This document shows, in pieces, positions 25,778 through 35,775 of a DNA stretch of 37,203 nucleotides (position 1 is the stretch's first letter; each line of letters begins with the position of its first letter). Made by a program: the position numbers and the translations under genes. Under the pieces are notes generated by a model. That model made no database searches. It was not told the origin of the DNA and saw nothing but the letters and a program-made list of their open reading frames with translations. Origin of the DNA: a virus (Duplodnaviria > Caudoviricetes); IMG/VR virus record IMGVR_UViG_3300027838_001061, positions 1 through 37,203 of that record. One strand, written 5' to 3'.

Positions 25778-26484
25778 GCCGAAGACATGTTTCAAAAATA
25801 AAAAGAGCGGAGACTAATGATATTGGAATAGTTCTCTTAGCTTATGAAACCGGACAAAAGCCTAAGTCTCACATATCCAGATATCTATTAAGCACCGACA
25901 ATGGAGAAAGCGTTATTGAGAGGCAGTCAAAGATTATATCCGAGGTTTTTTCTGAAAATAGCCTGTATATAGCGACCGGTTCTGATTGTGACAAAATTGC
26001 TAGCGTGATGCCAAAAAATGTTAGGATAGTAGAAAACCAAAATTTTCAATCCACCGGGGCGGCTGAATATATCAGGCTTGTGATTAATAATTCCACAGAA
26101 AGAAGCCTTCTAATTATTGACGGAAACATCTTGTTCTCAGAAGACGTTCTTCTTGATCTAGATTTTTCTAAGTCCTTTGTTTTATGCTTAGAAGGAATCA
26201 ATGAACAGCAAGACATAGGGGCTACCATCAGCGAGGGGCGTATAAGTCAGTTTTCTTTCGGGCTAAAAAGCAAGATATGTGATATGATCTTTCTCAAAGA
26301 CCACGAGCTAAACTTGGCTGAAAAAATTTGTAAAAACAGAGACAAAAATAAGCTTTTGATATTTGAAGTTTTGAACTTTGTTGTAAACAACGGCGGGAGT
26401 ATTCACCCACATACACCCAAACGGTCTAGTTCTATAAAGAAGATAGAGTCTGCAAAGGACGTATATGAAAATTCTAATATCTAG
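25774..26484 (+). CDS. Nucleotidyltransferase-like (LicC/NTP_transferase fold), degenerate signature
   Basis: IVLLAY...YLL...SVIERQ, VENQNF, LIIDGNILF; the canonical LAAGxGxR...PK is eroded. Confidence 0.6.
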   Translation: MSRRHVSKIKRAETNDIGIVLLAYETGQKPKSHISRYLLSTDNGESVIERQSKIISEVFSENSLYIATGSDCDKIASVMPKNVRIVENQNFQSTGAAEYIRLVINNSTERSLLIIDGNILFSEDVLLDLDFSKSFVLCLEGINEQQDIGATISEGRISQFSFGLKSKICDMIFLKDHELNLAEKICKNRDKNKLLIFEVLNFVVNNGGSIHPHTPKRSSSIKKIESAKDVYENSNI

Positions 26485-27529
26485 CGATGGCATGCACGCG
26501 CATTTCTACATAAGGTCTGGCTGGGCCAAAGCTTTTAGCTATTCTGGACATGAAGTCATACTGTGGGATACAAAGATTCAAACAGCCTTTGACATTTTCG
26601 ATGAGTTTGAACCAGACCTTTTTATAGGACAAACATATAACGTCACGAGTCCTGTTTTTAAATGCATAGCAGAAAGACCTAACTTAAAAGTTATAATGAA
26701 AGCCCCGGACTGGGGGGATATGCAAAAGGAAATCGATCCAAATAAATACAACGTATTGTTTGTTAGCGAAGAGGAAAAAAAAATAATAGAAAGGCTGAAG
26801 AAGGAGACTGGCAAACCAGACTTTGTTTACGTACACTATCTAGACGAGGATGTAAAAAGAACCCACAACGGATGGGGTGATATTGGAGTGCGAACTACCG
26901 GCCTTTTGAATGCCGCAGATATATTTGAATATGTTAACGGAAAAGAGATAAACTATCTAAAAAGCGATATATCTTTCGTAGGAGGTTGTTGGCCGTACAA
27001 AGCGATAAGCTTTAATAAATACATAAGCCCACTATTTTATCCACCGGGAAAATATAATATAAAGATATTTGGAAACCAGCCTTGGAGCGCTATATCTGGT
27101 ATTCAATATATGGGATTTATTCCTGACTCTATTGTAAAGAATGTTATGAAGTCTGCCACGGTTTGCCCAAACATAAGCGAGCCTCATGCTCAAGACTTTG
27201 GGATGGATGTTAATGAGAGAACGTTCAAAATTCTATCTAACAAATCTTTCTGCGTGTCAGACAATGTGGAGGCAATGAAAAAAATATTTTCTGATGACGA
27301 AGTAGTTTTCACCTCCCCCTCTCAGTTTAAAGAGACGGTAGATCACTTCATAGCCCACCCAGAAGACAGACAATCGTATATTGAAAAAGGCTACAAAAAC
27401 GTCATGAAGAACCACACATACTTTAACAGGTGTGCTAAGATATTTGATCTGCTTGGTATGGAAAAATATAAAAATAACTGCCTTTTAGCACTGAAAAAGA
27501 TGACCTCTTCGGTGGAATCAAATGAATAA
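26465..27529 (+). CDS. CgeB-like (GT-B) glycosyltransferase
   Basis: SDISFVG, PNISEPH, VNERTFKI, HTYFNR. Confidence 0.75.
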   Translation: MKILISSDGMHAHFYIRSGWAKAFSYSGHEVILWDTKIQTAFDIFDEFEPDLFIGQTYNVTSPVFKCIAERPNLKVIMKAPDWGDMQKEIDPNKYNVLFVSEEEKKIIERLKKETGKPDFVYVHYLDEDVKRTHNGWGDIGVRTTGLLNAADIFEYVNGKEINYLKSDISFVGGCWPYKAISFNKYISPLFYPPGKYNIKIFGNQPWSAISGIQYMGFIPDSIVKNVMKSATVCPNISEPHAQDFGMDVNERTFKILSNKSFCVSDNVEAMKKIFSDDEVVFTSPSQFKETVDHFIAHPEDRQSYIEKGYKNVMKNHTYFNRCAKIFDLLGMEKYKNNCLLALKKMTSSVESNE

Positions 27530-28481
27530 AAATGATACCATACTAGTCACCGGAGGGAGGGGGTTTCTGGGTAGGGCTGTATATAAAAATCTTAGAAAAC
27601 TTGGGTTCACCAGAATAGTTAGTCTTGCTGGATCTACTGGAGCACTGGCTCTGGACCTAACCAAACAGAACAATGTCCATCACGTGCTTGATACATACGA
27701 ACCCAAGATAGTTGTACATCTCGCGGCAAGAGTTGGTGGAATCGGAGCCAACAGGGTAAACCCCGGACTTTTTATCTACGAAAACCTTTCTATGGGAGTT
27801 AACCTCATAGAAGAATCCCGTCTCATGGGGGTGGAAAAATTTGTAATGGTGGGTACTGTGTGTGCATACCCAAAGCACACTCCCATACCCTTTAAGGAAG
27901 AAGACATTTGGAATGGATACCCAGAGGAAACCAACGCCCCGTATGGCATAGCCAAGAAGACGTTGATGCAGATGATAATATCATATAAGCAACAGTATGA
28001 CTTCAATGGTATAAATTTGATACCCGTTAATATGTATGGACCACATGACAACTTTAACCCTAGCTCAAGCCATGTAATACCCGCCTTGATATTGAAATTT
28101 CATGAAGCTATGAAGGAGATCCCACACAAGGAGATGGAGGTATGGGGAACTGGAAATGCTAGCAGGGAGTTTCTTTACGTAGACGACTGTGCTAGGGCGA
28201 TAGCTCTCGCGGTAGAACATCATAATGACCCAGAACCTATCAACATAGGAACTGGAGCGGAGATAAAGATATCTGATCTGGTAGAATTGATTGCTGACCG
28301 AATGGGTTACGGCGGAAACATCGTTTGGGATTCAACAAAGCCTGATGGACAACCTAGAAGATGTTTAGATGTCTCTAGGGCCGAAAATCTTTTAGGATTT
28401 AACGCCTCTGTCTCTTTGAGTGAGGGGCTTGATCAAACAATAGAATGGTTTAAATCAAATGATATCTGCAATAGTATTTAG
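27522..28481 (+). CDS. fcl: GDP-L-fucose synthase (epimerase/reductase)
   Basis: VTGGRGFLG, HLAARVGGIGAN, GTVCAYPK, PEETNAPYGIAKK, NMYGPHDNF, SHVIPALI, WGTGNASREFLYVDD, KPDGQPRR. Confidence 0.93.
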   Translation: MNKNDTILVTGGRGFLGRAVYKNLRKLGFTRIVSLAGSTGALALDLTKQNNVHHVLDTYEPKIVVHLAARVGGIGANRVNPGLFIYENLSMGVNLIEESRLMGVEKFVMVGTVCAYPKHTPIPFKEEDIWNGYPEETNAPYGIAKKTLMQMIISYKQQYDFNGINLIPVNMYGPHDNFNPSSSHVIPALILKFHEAMKEIPHKEMEVWGTGNASREFLYVDDCARAIALAVEHHNDPEPINIGTGAEIKISDLVELIADRMGYGGNIVWDSTKPDGQPRRCLDVSRAENLLGFNASVSLSEGLDQTIEWFKSNDICNSI

Positions 28482-29295
28482 TAAAGATCGTGCAGCACAA
28501 TTAGATCTCCTACTGAGAAGTATAGAAAAGAATTGTCCACACTTCTTTGAAGTTTGTATTCTATATGATTACTCTGACGAGGAGTTCAAGAGGGGGTACT
28601 CCCTAGCTCAAGAAAAATACCCCTCTCACGAAAGATATCACTGGGTAGATCAGTCCGACTTCCAAAAAGATTTGGAAAACTTAGTAGACAGATCAAATCC
28701 GTATATATGCTTCTTTACTGATGACGATATAGTTTATAGAGAATCTGAGCTTAGAAGACATAATATCAATGACATATTTACAGCGTTCGAAGACCTGTGT
28801 TGCATCTCTATGCGTCTAGGTAAAAATATTTCCATACAGGACCAGTATACAGACGAAAAGTGTATACCGCCAATGGAAGTGGTCAAATTTGACGATGTGG
28901 CATTATGGAATTGGAAGAGGGTTGGTACTGGAATAAGTAATTTCTTCTACCCATTTTCTGTGGATGGACATGTCTACAGGAGGTCGGATATAAAGACCCT
29001 GTTTTCCAAACTTGAATACAACGACCCTAATGAGCTTGAGGGGAGGGCTTTCTTACATGCCTACAGCCTACCTCCTCTCATGGGCTGTTTCGACACAAGC
29101 TCGGTAGTTAACACTCCCATAAACTTATGTGGACCCTCGACAAAAAATAGGGCAGGGGAAAGGTTTGGTATTACACTTAAAGAATTGAACAATGACTATC
29201 TAAACAACAGAGTTATAAATTTAGAGAATATAGACTTCTCTGATATAAAGGGATGCCATCAGGAATTAAAAATGGAGATGACCGATGCTTCTTGA
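28459..29295 (+). CDS. Putative GT-A fold glycosyltransferase
   Basis: IVFSKDRAAQLDLLLRSI, FFTDDDIV (DxD); locus context. Confidence 0.65.
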   Translation: MISAIVFSKDRAAQLDLLLRSIEKNCPHFFEVCILYDYSDEEFKRGYSLAQEKYPSHERYHWVDQSDFQKDLENLVDRSNPYICFFTDDDIVYRESELRRHNINDIFTAFEDLCCISMRLGKNISIQDQYTDEKCIPPMEVVKFDDVALWNWKRVGTGISNFFYPFSVDGHVYRRSDIKTLFSKLEYNDPNELEGRAFLHAYSLPPLMGCFDTSSVVNTPINLCGPSTKNRAGERFGITLKELNNDYLNNRVINLENIDFSDIKGCHQELKMEMTDAS

Positions 29296-29950
29296 TTTCG
29301 ATCAGTTAATAGAAAAGCACGACGTTAATATAAGGGGCTGTATACATATAGGCGCATACATTGGGCAAGAGATTATACCATATATAAAACACGGAATCGG
29401 CCACATCATCTTCTTTGAACCTCAAGAAGAAATATTCGACATACTGGCGCACAACGTAAACATGTTCTCTGGCGAGAAGACGAACGTAGTCTTAGTAAAC
29501 AAGGCTGTTGGAAATGAAAACAAAAGCACCACCATGTTCCTGTCAAATACGCCCGGAGGTATTGCCAACGGATCGGGAGCCTCTAGCTCTGTGCTTAAGC
29601 CAAAAAAACATCTAGAACAATACCCTCACATCACTTTTCCAAAAACTCAAGACGTAAGCATGGTGCGGATTGATGACTTTTGGTATTTTACAGAGCTAGA
29701 CAAAAGCTATTATAACTTTATGAACATAGATGTTCAGGGGTATGAGCTAGAGGTCTTGAAGGGGGCTGAAAAGACACTGGAGGGGGTGGACTATGTTATG
29801 GCAGAGATCAACAGAGACGAGGTATACGAAAATTGTGCTTTGGTTGACGAGATTGATGAATTTCTTGGCAGCTATGGATTCCAGAGAGTTGAAACCTCTT
29901 GGGAGGGCGGTACTTGGGGCGACGGATTCTATAAGAAAACAGGACTATAG
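29285..29950 (+). CDS. FkbM-family SAM methyltransferase
   Basis: HIGAYIG, FFEP, NKAVG, SSSVL, NIDVQGYELEVLKG. Confidence 0.9.
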   Translation: MLLDFDQLIEKHDVNIRGCIHIGAYIGQEIIPYIKHGIGHIIFFEPQEEIFDILAHNVNMFSGEKTNVVLVNKAVGNENKSTTMFLSNTPGGIANGSGASSSVLKPKKHLEQYPHITFPKTQDVSMVRIDDFWYFTELDKSYYNFMNIDVQGYELEVLKGAEKTLEGVDYVMAEINRDEVYENCALVDEIDEFLGSYGFQRVETSWEGGTWGDGFYKKTGL

Positions 29951-29958
29951 CATTTAAC

Positions 29959-30900
29959 ATGACTGTAAAAAACTTACTAACTCTCAGTGATAAAAACTAT
30001 CTTGAGAACGGACTCTGTTTATATGATTCGCTCAAGAAGCATTCCGACAATTTCTACCTGCACTACTTAGCTCTAGACGAGCAGACACATAAGGTCTTAC
30101 GAGAGCTTGATCTTGAAAATATGTTTGTGTACAGTCTTATAGATCTTTCCGTAGACACCGACCTAGAGATATTGATTCACAACAATCCCTCCAGACCGAT
30201 AGACACAAGCGATGGACAAAGCCCTTTCCATTGGGCCTTAGCTTCTTTTTTCTGCAACTTTTTAGTTGAGCAGTACAAAATACCCCATGTGATGTACCTA
30301 GATTCTGATCTTCTTTTTTATGACTCGATAGAAAAAATATTTGATTCTATCGGCAAAAAAAGTATAGGACTTATTACACACAAACATATAAAGCTTGACA
30401 AAAACACAAGAAATCCGGGTTATTATAACGTGGGTGTTATCTATTTTAGAAACAATAAGATAGGTAAGGAGTGTTTGAAATTCTGGAGAGACTGTTGTGT
30501 CAGTCCGAACAACCAGTTTTCAGATGTCTTTGGTTCGTGTGGAGACCAAAAATATCTTGAGTTATTTGACGAGATTGTTGATAAAGATGAAATAAAGATT
30601 ATAGACAAAGACGTTGGACATGGCGCCCCTTGGAGCTTCGTTCTTTTTGATTTCATAAGTCCGACTCATGTGGTTTGGAAAGACCCCATGCATCTAGTAT
30701 TGGAAGAAGATTCTCTTGAACAGGACATTGTCTTCAACCACTTCAGCCATTTTACTATAGACCGTGACACTGGAGCCTATTCAATGGATCGAAATGGTGA
30801 GTGGGGGCCGAGACTAGGACAACATCCGGGCGTCAAAGAAGTGTACGATGACTATTATGAAAAACTTAAAGAGACAAGAGAGAGATATAATTTATCATGA
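29959..30900 (+). CDS. GT8-like / nucleotide-diphospho-sugar transferase
   Basis: YLDSDL (DxD), YNVGVIYF, GDQKYL, APW, FNHFSH. Confidence 0.75.
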   Translation: MTVKNLLTLSDKNYLENGLCLYDSLKKHSDNFYLHYLALDEQTHKVLRELDLENMFVYSLIDLSVDTDLEILIHNNPSRPIDTSDGQSPFHWALASFFCNFLVEQYKIPHVMYLDSDLLFYDSIEKIFDSIGKKSIGLITHKHIKLDKNTRNPGYYNVGVIYFRNNKIGKECLKFWRDCCVSPNNQFSDVFGSCGDQKYLELFDEIVDKDEIKIIDKDVGHGAPWSFVLFDFISPTHVVWKDPMHLVLEEDSLEQDIVFNHFSHFTIDRDTGAYSMDRNGEWGPRLGQHPGVKEVYDDYYEKLKETRERYNLS

Positions 30901-31781
30901 AGATAACATTCGGAATGATAGTGTTTAACGGAAACTATGTCCTAGAAGAGGTTCTGGCTTCCGTTTATCCTTACGCACATCAAATCTTAATTGCGGAAGG
31001 CCCGGTTCAGTTCTGGCAATCGACCGGACGTTTAACATCTTCCGATGGAACCAGTCAAATCATCGACAACTTCCCAGACCCCGACAATAAGATCTCCATT
31101 ACCCACGGGTTATATTCTGAAAAAGAAGAGCAGTGCAATGCTTACATGAAGAACCTTTCTCCAGACACCGACTATGTATGGAACCTAGATTCCGACGAAG
31201 TTTTCAAGCCAGAAGACATAGAGAAGGTGATTTCTCTTCTAGAGAAAGAACAGTACACTACCGTGGGGTTCAAGAGTTGTTCCTTCTATGGGGGTTTTGA
31301 TAAAATTCTAGGGGGTTTTGAGGAGGGGGCAGAGTTCAACAGGATCTGTAAGGTATATCCCGGCTCCACTTGGGCCTCTCACAGACCGCCCAGAATGAAG
31401 CATGAGGTAGAGGGACTGCCCGAGAAGCATCTCGATTTTAACGAACTATACAAAGAGCATGGAGTAAGAATGTATCACTACTCCTACGTGTTCCCATATC
31501 AAGTCGCGCAAAAGGTTGCCTATTACAAGGCCGCTGTCAGTAAAGACAACTGTATCGATAACTACTTCGATGAAGTATACCTTCCTTGGGTAACTGGTGA
31601 TGAGCTACAAAAGTCTCTGGTTGAACATAAGCATGAAGGGGTTCATGAGTTCAAACCTAGATCTCGCGGCGAGTGTAAAACCAAGGACTTTGACGGCGAG
31701 CACCCGGAAATAATAAAAGAGAATATGCCTAAGCTCAAAAATAGGTTTGTGGAACAGCTATCGGAGTTTGTACATAAATGA
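30897..31781 (+). CDS. GT2-like glycosyltransferase
   Basis: GMIVFNG, IAEG, SSDGT, NLDSDEVF, YHYSYV. Confidence 0.7.
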   Translation: MKITFGMIVFNGNYVLEEVLASVYPYAHQILIAEGPVQFWQSTGRLTSSDGTSQIIDNFPDPDNKISITHGLYSEKEEQCNAYMKNLSPDTDYVWNLDSDEVFKPEDIEKVISLLEKEQYTTVGFKSCSFYGGFDKILGGFEEGAEFNRICKVYPGSTWASHRPPRMKHEVEGLPEKHLDFNELYKEHGVRMYHYSYVFPYQVAQKVAYYKAAVSKDNCIDNYFDEVYLPWVTGDELQKSLVEHKHEGVHEFKPRSRGECKTKDFDGEHPEIIKENMPKLKNRFVEQLSEFVHK

Positions 31782-32389
31782 AATATATAGATTCTTGGAA
31801 AGATCCAGAGGTCTTTAAATACCAGCTAGCATTAAATCAAAGACAATTGTCTCCAAGTGGAAGATACCCTTCCCACTGGCTTCATTTTATTGATTGTATG
31901 GACGAGCTTCAAAATATAACTAGAATTGTGGATATAGGCTGCGGGGCTGGGGCATATTGCGCCTTATCTCAAAGACATTTTCCCGATAAGGATTATATCG
32001 GGTATGACTATTCTGAAAACGCTGTTTCTACCGCGAGTCGCGCTTGGGATGGGGGTTTTGAATGCAAGGATTACAAGGATTTATCGACAGAGGATATCAG
32101 ACCGGGGGATGTTGTAGTAGCAAACGCTCTATGTGATGTTCTTCCCAACGGGGACGAGTGTTTTGAACATCTCCTATCATTAAAAGCTGACAGCTTAATA
32201 ATTCAAAGAATGAAAATAACAGGATGGCCAAGCTTCTATAAAACAGTTGGTGGATATAATATAACAACATATGCTTTTCACCATAAGGAGCAAGATGTTA
32301 TTGATTCTATACAAAAGCACGGATATGAATATAAAGAATCAAGAATGGATCAAGTGAATTTTAATTTTTTACTGAGAAAAATCACATGA
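31778..32389 (+). CDS. Class I SAM-dependent methyltransferase
   Basis: IVDIGCGAG, YIGYDYS. Confidence 0.8.
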   Translation: MKYIDSWKDPEVFKYQLALNQRQLSPSGRYPSHWLHFIDCMDELQNITRIVDIGCGAGAYCALSQRHFPDKDYIGYDYSENAVSTASRAWDGGFECKDYKDLSTEDIRPGDVVVANALCDVLPNGDECFEHLLSLKADSLIIQRMKITGWPSFYKTVGGYNITTYAFHHKEQDVIDSIQKHGYEYKESRMDQVNFNFLLRKIT

Positions 32390-33051
32390 AAAAAGAGATC
32401 ATTTATACAAAGCCTATTCTTGAAGTGGGCGATAATATATGCATAGTTGCCTCAAGCATAAATCTGTTGGATAATAAATACGGAAAAGAGATAGATGCAT
32501 TTGATGACGTGGTGAGGTTTAACAGGGCACCAACAGAGGGGTTTGAGGAACACGTGGGCGGAAGAACTACCGTTAGGATAGCCAACAATCATGTGTTCGC
32601 AAATATTCCTCACACAGGGTGGGCCACTGAAGGACAGCCAGCTAATTTTATTAAGAATCAAAAGAACATAAAGATTGTTAGAATTGGTCCCCACCCTTCT
32701 AATATATCGGCTGAGCATGCTCGAATGCATATAGACGAAACTTCATCCGCGTATATTGTCCCATTCAATGATATTGTTCATCAAATGAGATATGCTAAAG
32801 AAAGCTGGGTTGGAAACAACCCCCTAAGAAGCGACTTCATTCCCAGTATAGGAATCGCTTTTGTCTGGATGTGCGTAGAAAGCAATATAACACCGCATTT
32901 ATTTGGGTTTGGTGTGGACGAACCTCCAGAAAATGCCACACACTATTGGGAAAAATGCAAGGTAGCCGCAGGACCATGCCATAGATATTCTGTAGAGAGG
33001 GAAATGCTAATAGAAATGGAATCCAGCAAAAAGGTAATTATCCACAGATGA
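32386..33051 (+). CDS. GT29 sialyltransferase-like protein
   Basis: Sialylmotif L (CIVASS..LL..YGKEIDAFDDVVRFNRAPTEGFEEHVGGRTT), S (PSIG...LFGF), III (HYWE), VS (HRYSVE). Confidence 0.85.
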   Translation: MKKEIIYTKPILEVGDNICIVASSINLLDNKYGKEIDAFDDVVRFNRAPTEGFEEHVGGRTTVRIANNHVFANIPHTGWATEGQPANFIKNQKNIKIVRIGPHPSNISAEHARMHIDETSSAYIVPFNDIVHQMRYAKESWVGNNPLRSDFIPSIGIAFVWMCVESNITPHLFGFGVDEPPENATHYWEKCKVAAGPCHRYSVEREMLIEMESSKKVIIHR

Positions 33052-34226
33052 AGACCAAATTCCTAGATCTCGGAAAACAACCTATAGCAAACGCATTTGT
33101 AACCCCAAACAAGTGTGAAGATGAATTCTTCTACGATCTAGAAGTTGGATTTGATCCAGAAACAAAGCTTGTCTCACACATGAACTTTGTAGACCCTTCT
33201 CTTATGTTCAATGATACCTACATGTATCATTCTTCTGGGTCTCAAACCATGCGTAATCACTTCACCAAGATAGCAAAGTTAATCAGCTTCTATTTTCCTC
33301 GGGAACGTGTTTTGGAAATCGGGAGCAATGACGGTGTTTTTCTAGAACACTTCGATCCTAAAAAGGCTTTCTCGGTAGAGCCTTGTGGAAATTTCGCAAA
33401 GACAACAAGAGAACTGGGATACACTACTTACGATGACTTTTGGGACATGGAGCTTTCTAACATAATAAAAGAGTCTGAGGGGGAGGTGAAGGTTGTATAT
33501 TCAGCTAACTGCATGTGCCATATACCAAATATAGAAGAAGCTTTCAAAGCGGTAGAAAATATTCTACATAAAGATGGTGTCTTTATTTTCGAAGACCCTT
33601 CAGTCTCGGAAATGCTGGAAAGAAACTCATACGATCAAATTTATGATGAGCATGCGCATTTATTTTCCATTACCTCTCTCGATAATGTTTTAGAAAGAGC
33701 GGGGCTGGAGATATTTCATGTAGAGAAAACCAAGGTTCACGGAGGTTCTAATAGAGTATTTGCTCAGAAACTAAAGTCCCCAAAATACAACAACAATATA
33801 GTACACAAGCTTATAGAGAACGAATTCGAATCTGGAATAGATAGCATAACAACTTATTACGAATTTGCAGAGAGGGTTGAAAAGTCTAAGAAAGATCTTA
33901 ATGACTTACTATATAGGCTTAAGAAGGGGGAAAATAAAATTGTTTGTTATGGCGCCACCTCTAAGTCCACCTCCATCTTTAACTATTGCGGTATAGGTCC
34001 AGAAATAATAGACTATATAACTGACACGACAATTTCCAAGCAGGGAAAACTATCACCGGGAATGCATATACCAGTCGTGTCTCCTCAAGAAGGATTTAAC
34101 CTTTCTGTAGATTACGCTTTTTTGGGCGCTTGGAATTACCTAGAGGAAATAAAACAGAAGGAGTTTCATTTTATCAAACGGGGCGGTAAGTTTATAACAC
34201 ACGTACCGAAAGTGTCTATTGTATGA
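33048..34226 (+). CDS. NDP-hexose C3-methyltransferase (TcaB9/KijD1/EvaC-like)
   Basis: FLDLGKQP, YHSSGS..MRNHF, EIGSNDG, ANCMCHIP, FIFEDP, DQIYDEH, VHGGS, YGATSKS, KQGKLSPGMHIP, AWNY. Confidence 0.9.
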   Translation: MKTKFLDLGKQPIANAFVTPNKCEDEFFYDLEVGFDPETKLVSHMNFVDPSLMFNDTYMYHSSGSQTMRNHFTKIAKLISFYFPRERVLEIGSNDGVFLEHFDPKKAFSVEPCGNFAKTTRELGYTTYDDFWDMELSNIIKESEGEVKVVYSANCMCHIPNIEEAFKAVENILHKDGVFIFEDPSVSEMLERNSYDQIYDEHAHLFSITSLDNVLERAGLEIFHVEKTKVHGGSNRVFAQKLKSPKYNNNIVHKLIENEFESGIDSITTYYEFAERVEKSKKDLNDLLYRLKKGENKIVCYGATSKSTSIFNYCGIGPEIIDYITDTTISKQGKLSPGMHIPVVSPQEGFNLSVDYAFLGAWNYLEEIKQKEFHFIKRGGKFITHVPKVSIV

Positions 34227-35137
34227 ATTTTCTAATAACAGGAGGGCTAGGGCATATAGGATCTTTTTTCCTTAACAAAATCCCCACCGAAGACAACGTA
34301 AGAGTGATAGACGATTTATCTTCCTCAAGATGGGGTTCGTTGTTCAGTCTTAATAGAAAGATAGATTTCAGAGAGAAGAATATTAAAGACATTGATTCCT
34401 TTGATCTTGAAGACATAGATATCGTCCTTCATCTGGCAGCGATGACGAACGCATCTAAGAGCTTTACTAATACCGAAGAGGTTGAACGAGTAAATATACA
34501 GTACACAACTAAATTTATTAACGAGTGCAGGACATCTGAGGTTAAATTATTTATCTTCCCATCCTCTACCAGTGTTTACGGGATCTCTACTGATAAAGTT
34601 TGTGAAGATAACAGTTCTCATATCAACCCACAAAGTCCCTACGCCGAATCAAAAATCGCGATAGAAGATGTCATGTCTTCCTTGCTGGGTGAGGGGTGTG
34701 ATACGAATTATCTCACTCTTAGGCTAGGAACTATATTTGGAAAAAGTCCCGGTATGCGATTCCATACCGCCGTAAATAAATTTTGCTATCAAGCAGCTAT
34801 CGGAAAGCCTTTGACTATCTGGGAAGAAAATTACGATAAACATAGGCCATATCTGGGTCTGGAAGACTGCTTCTTTGCAATCAATCATCTCATAAAAAAA
34901 GAAGAGTGTTGGAACCAAGTATACAATCTCATAACTGACAATATCAAAACCAGAACCATAATCGATATTATAGAGAACAATATTCAGGTCACAAAAGAGA
35001 TGGTAGATTGCCCAATGCTAAATCAACATACGTATAAAGTCAGTGACGAAAAAATAAAACAAACCGGATTTACCCCAAGGGATAGTATAGAAGAAGCAAT
35101 TGAGGACACGCTTGATTTATTTAGGAATATTAGATGA
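34223..35137 (+). CDS. Extended SDR NAD-dependent sugar epimerase/dehydratase/reductase
   Basis: ITGGLGHIGS, HLAA, SSTSVYG, PQSPYAESK (YxxxK), LRLGTIFG. Confidence 0.88.
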   Translation: MNFLITGGLGHIGSFFLNKIPTEDNVRVIDDLSSSRWGSLFSLNRKIDFREKNIKDIDSFDLEDIDIVLHLAAMTNASKSFTNTEEVERVNIQYTTKFINECRTSEVKLFIFPSSTSVYGISTDKVCEDNSSHINPQSPYAESKIAIEDVMSSLLGEGCDTNYLTLRLGTIFGKSPGMRFHTAVNKFCYQAAIGKPLTIWEENYDKHRPYLGLEDCFFAINHLIKKEECWNQVYNLITDNIKTRTIIDIIENNIQVTKEMVDCPMLNQHTYKVSDEKIKQTGFTPRDSIEEAIEDTLDLFRNIR

Positions 35138-35775
35138 GCAGTTGTATCATTTGGGGAGGGACTGGTCAGGCAAAAATAGTCAGACCAATTATAGAAAGCT
35201 ACGGTCTGGAAGTATTGGCCATATTTGATGATACTGAGGGATTAACCCCTCCATTTAACGATATACCTCTATATTTTGGTAATGATTATGATTCATGGAT
35301 TTCGCAAGTAGATAAAAGAGACTTAAAATTTTGTGTTGCAATTGGTAACCCGAGTGGATTAGCTAGAATACGGATTGCTAACAGGCTGGTCAGCGATGGG
35401 TTGACGCCTATTGACGTTGTACATAAAACGGCATTTATATCTAACAGCGCAGTCATTGGAGACGGATGTCAAATATCTGCGGGGGCAATAGTTCTTGAAG
35501 AAGCGGTGCTTGGTATACAATGTATTGTTAATACTAACGCCAGCGTAGATCACGAGTGCATTCTGGGGGATGGTGTTGAGATATCCCCCGGCGTTACCCT
35601 GTGTGGAAACGTTGTCATTGATGATGGTGCTTGGATTGGTGCTGGGGCAACTGTTCTGCCCGGATTGCAGATAGGAGAAAATTCTATCGTGGGGGCTGGA
35701 GCCGTGGTTATCGAAGATGTCCCCTCCGATGTGGTTGTGGTTGGCGTTCCTTCCAGAATAACGAATAGAAAATGA
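35134..35775 (+). CDS. NeuD/PglD/PerB-family sugar acetyltransferase (left-handed beta-helix)
   Basis: IWGGTGQA, VAIGN...R, hexapeptide repeats, VDHEC, WIGAGATVLPG, GAGAVV..DVP...VGVPSR. Confidence 0.9.
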   Translation: MSSCIIWGGTGQAKIVRPIIESYGLEVLAIFDDTEGLTPPFNDIPLYFGNDYDSWISQVDKRDLKFCVAIGNPSGLARIRIANRLVSDGLTPIDVVHKTAFISNSAVIGDGCQISAGAIVLEEAVLGIQCIVNTNASVDHECILGDGVEISPGVTLCGNVVIDDGAWIGAGATVLPGLQIGENSIVGAGAVVIEDVPSDVVVVGVPSRITNRK

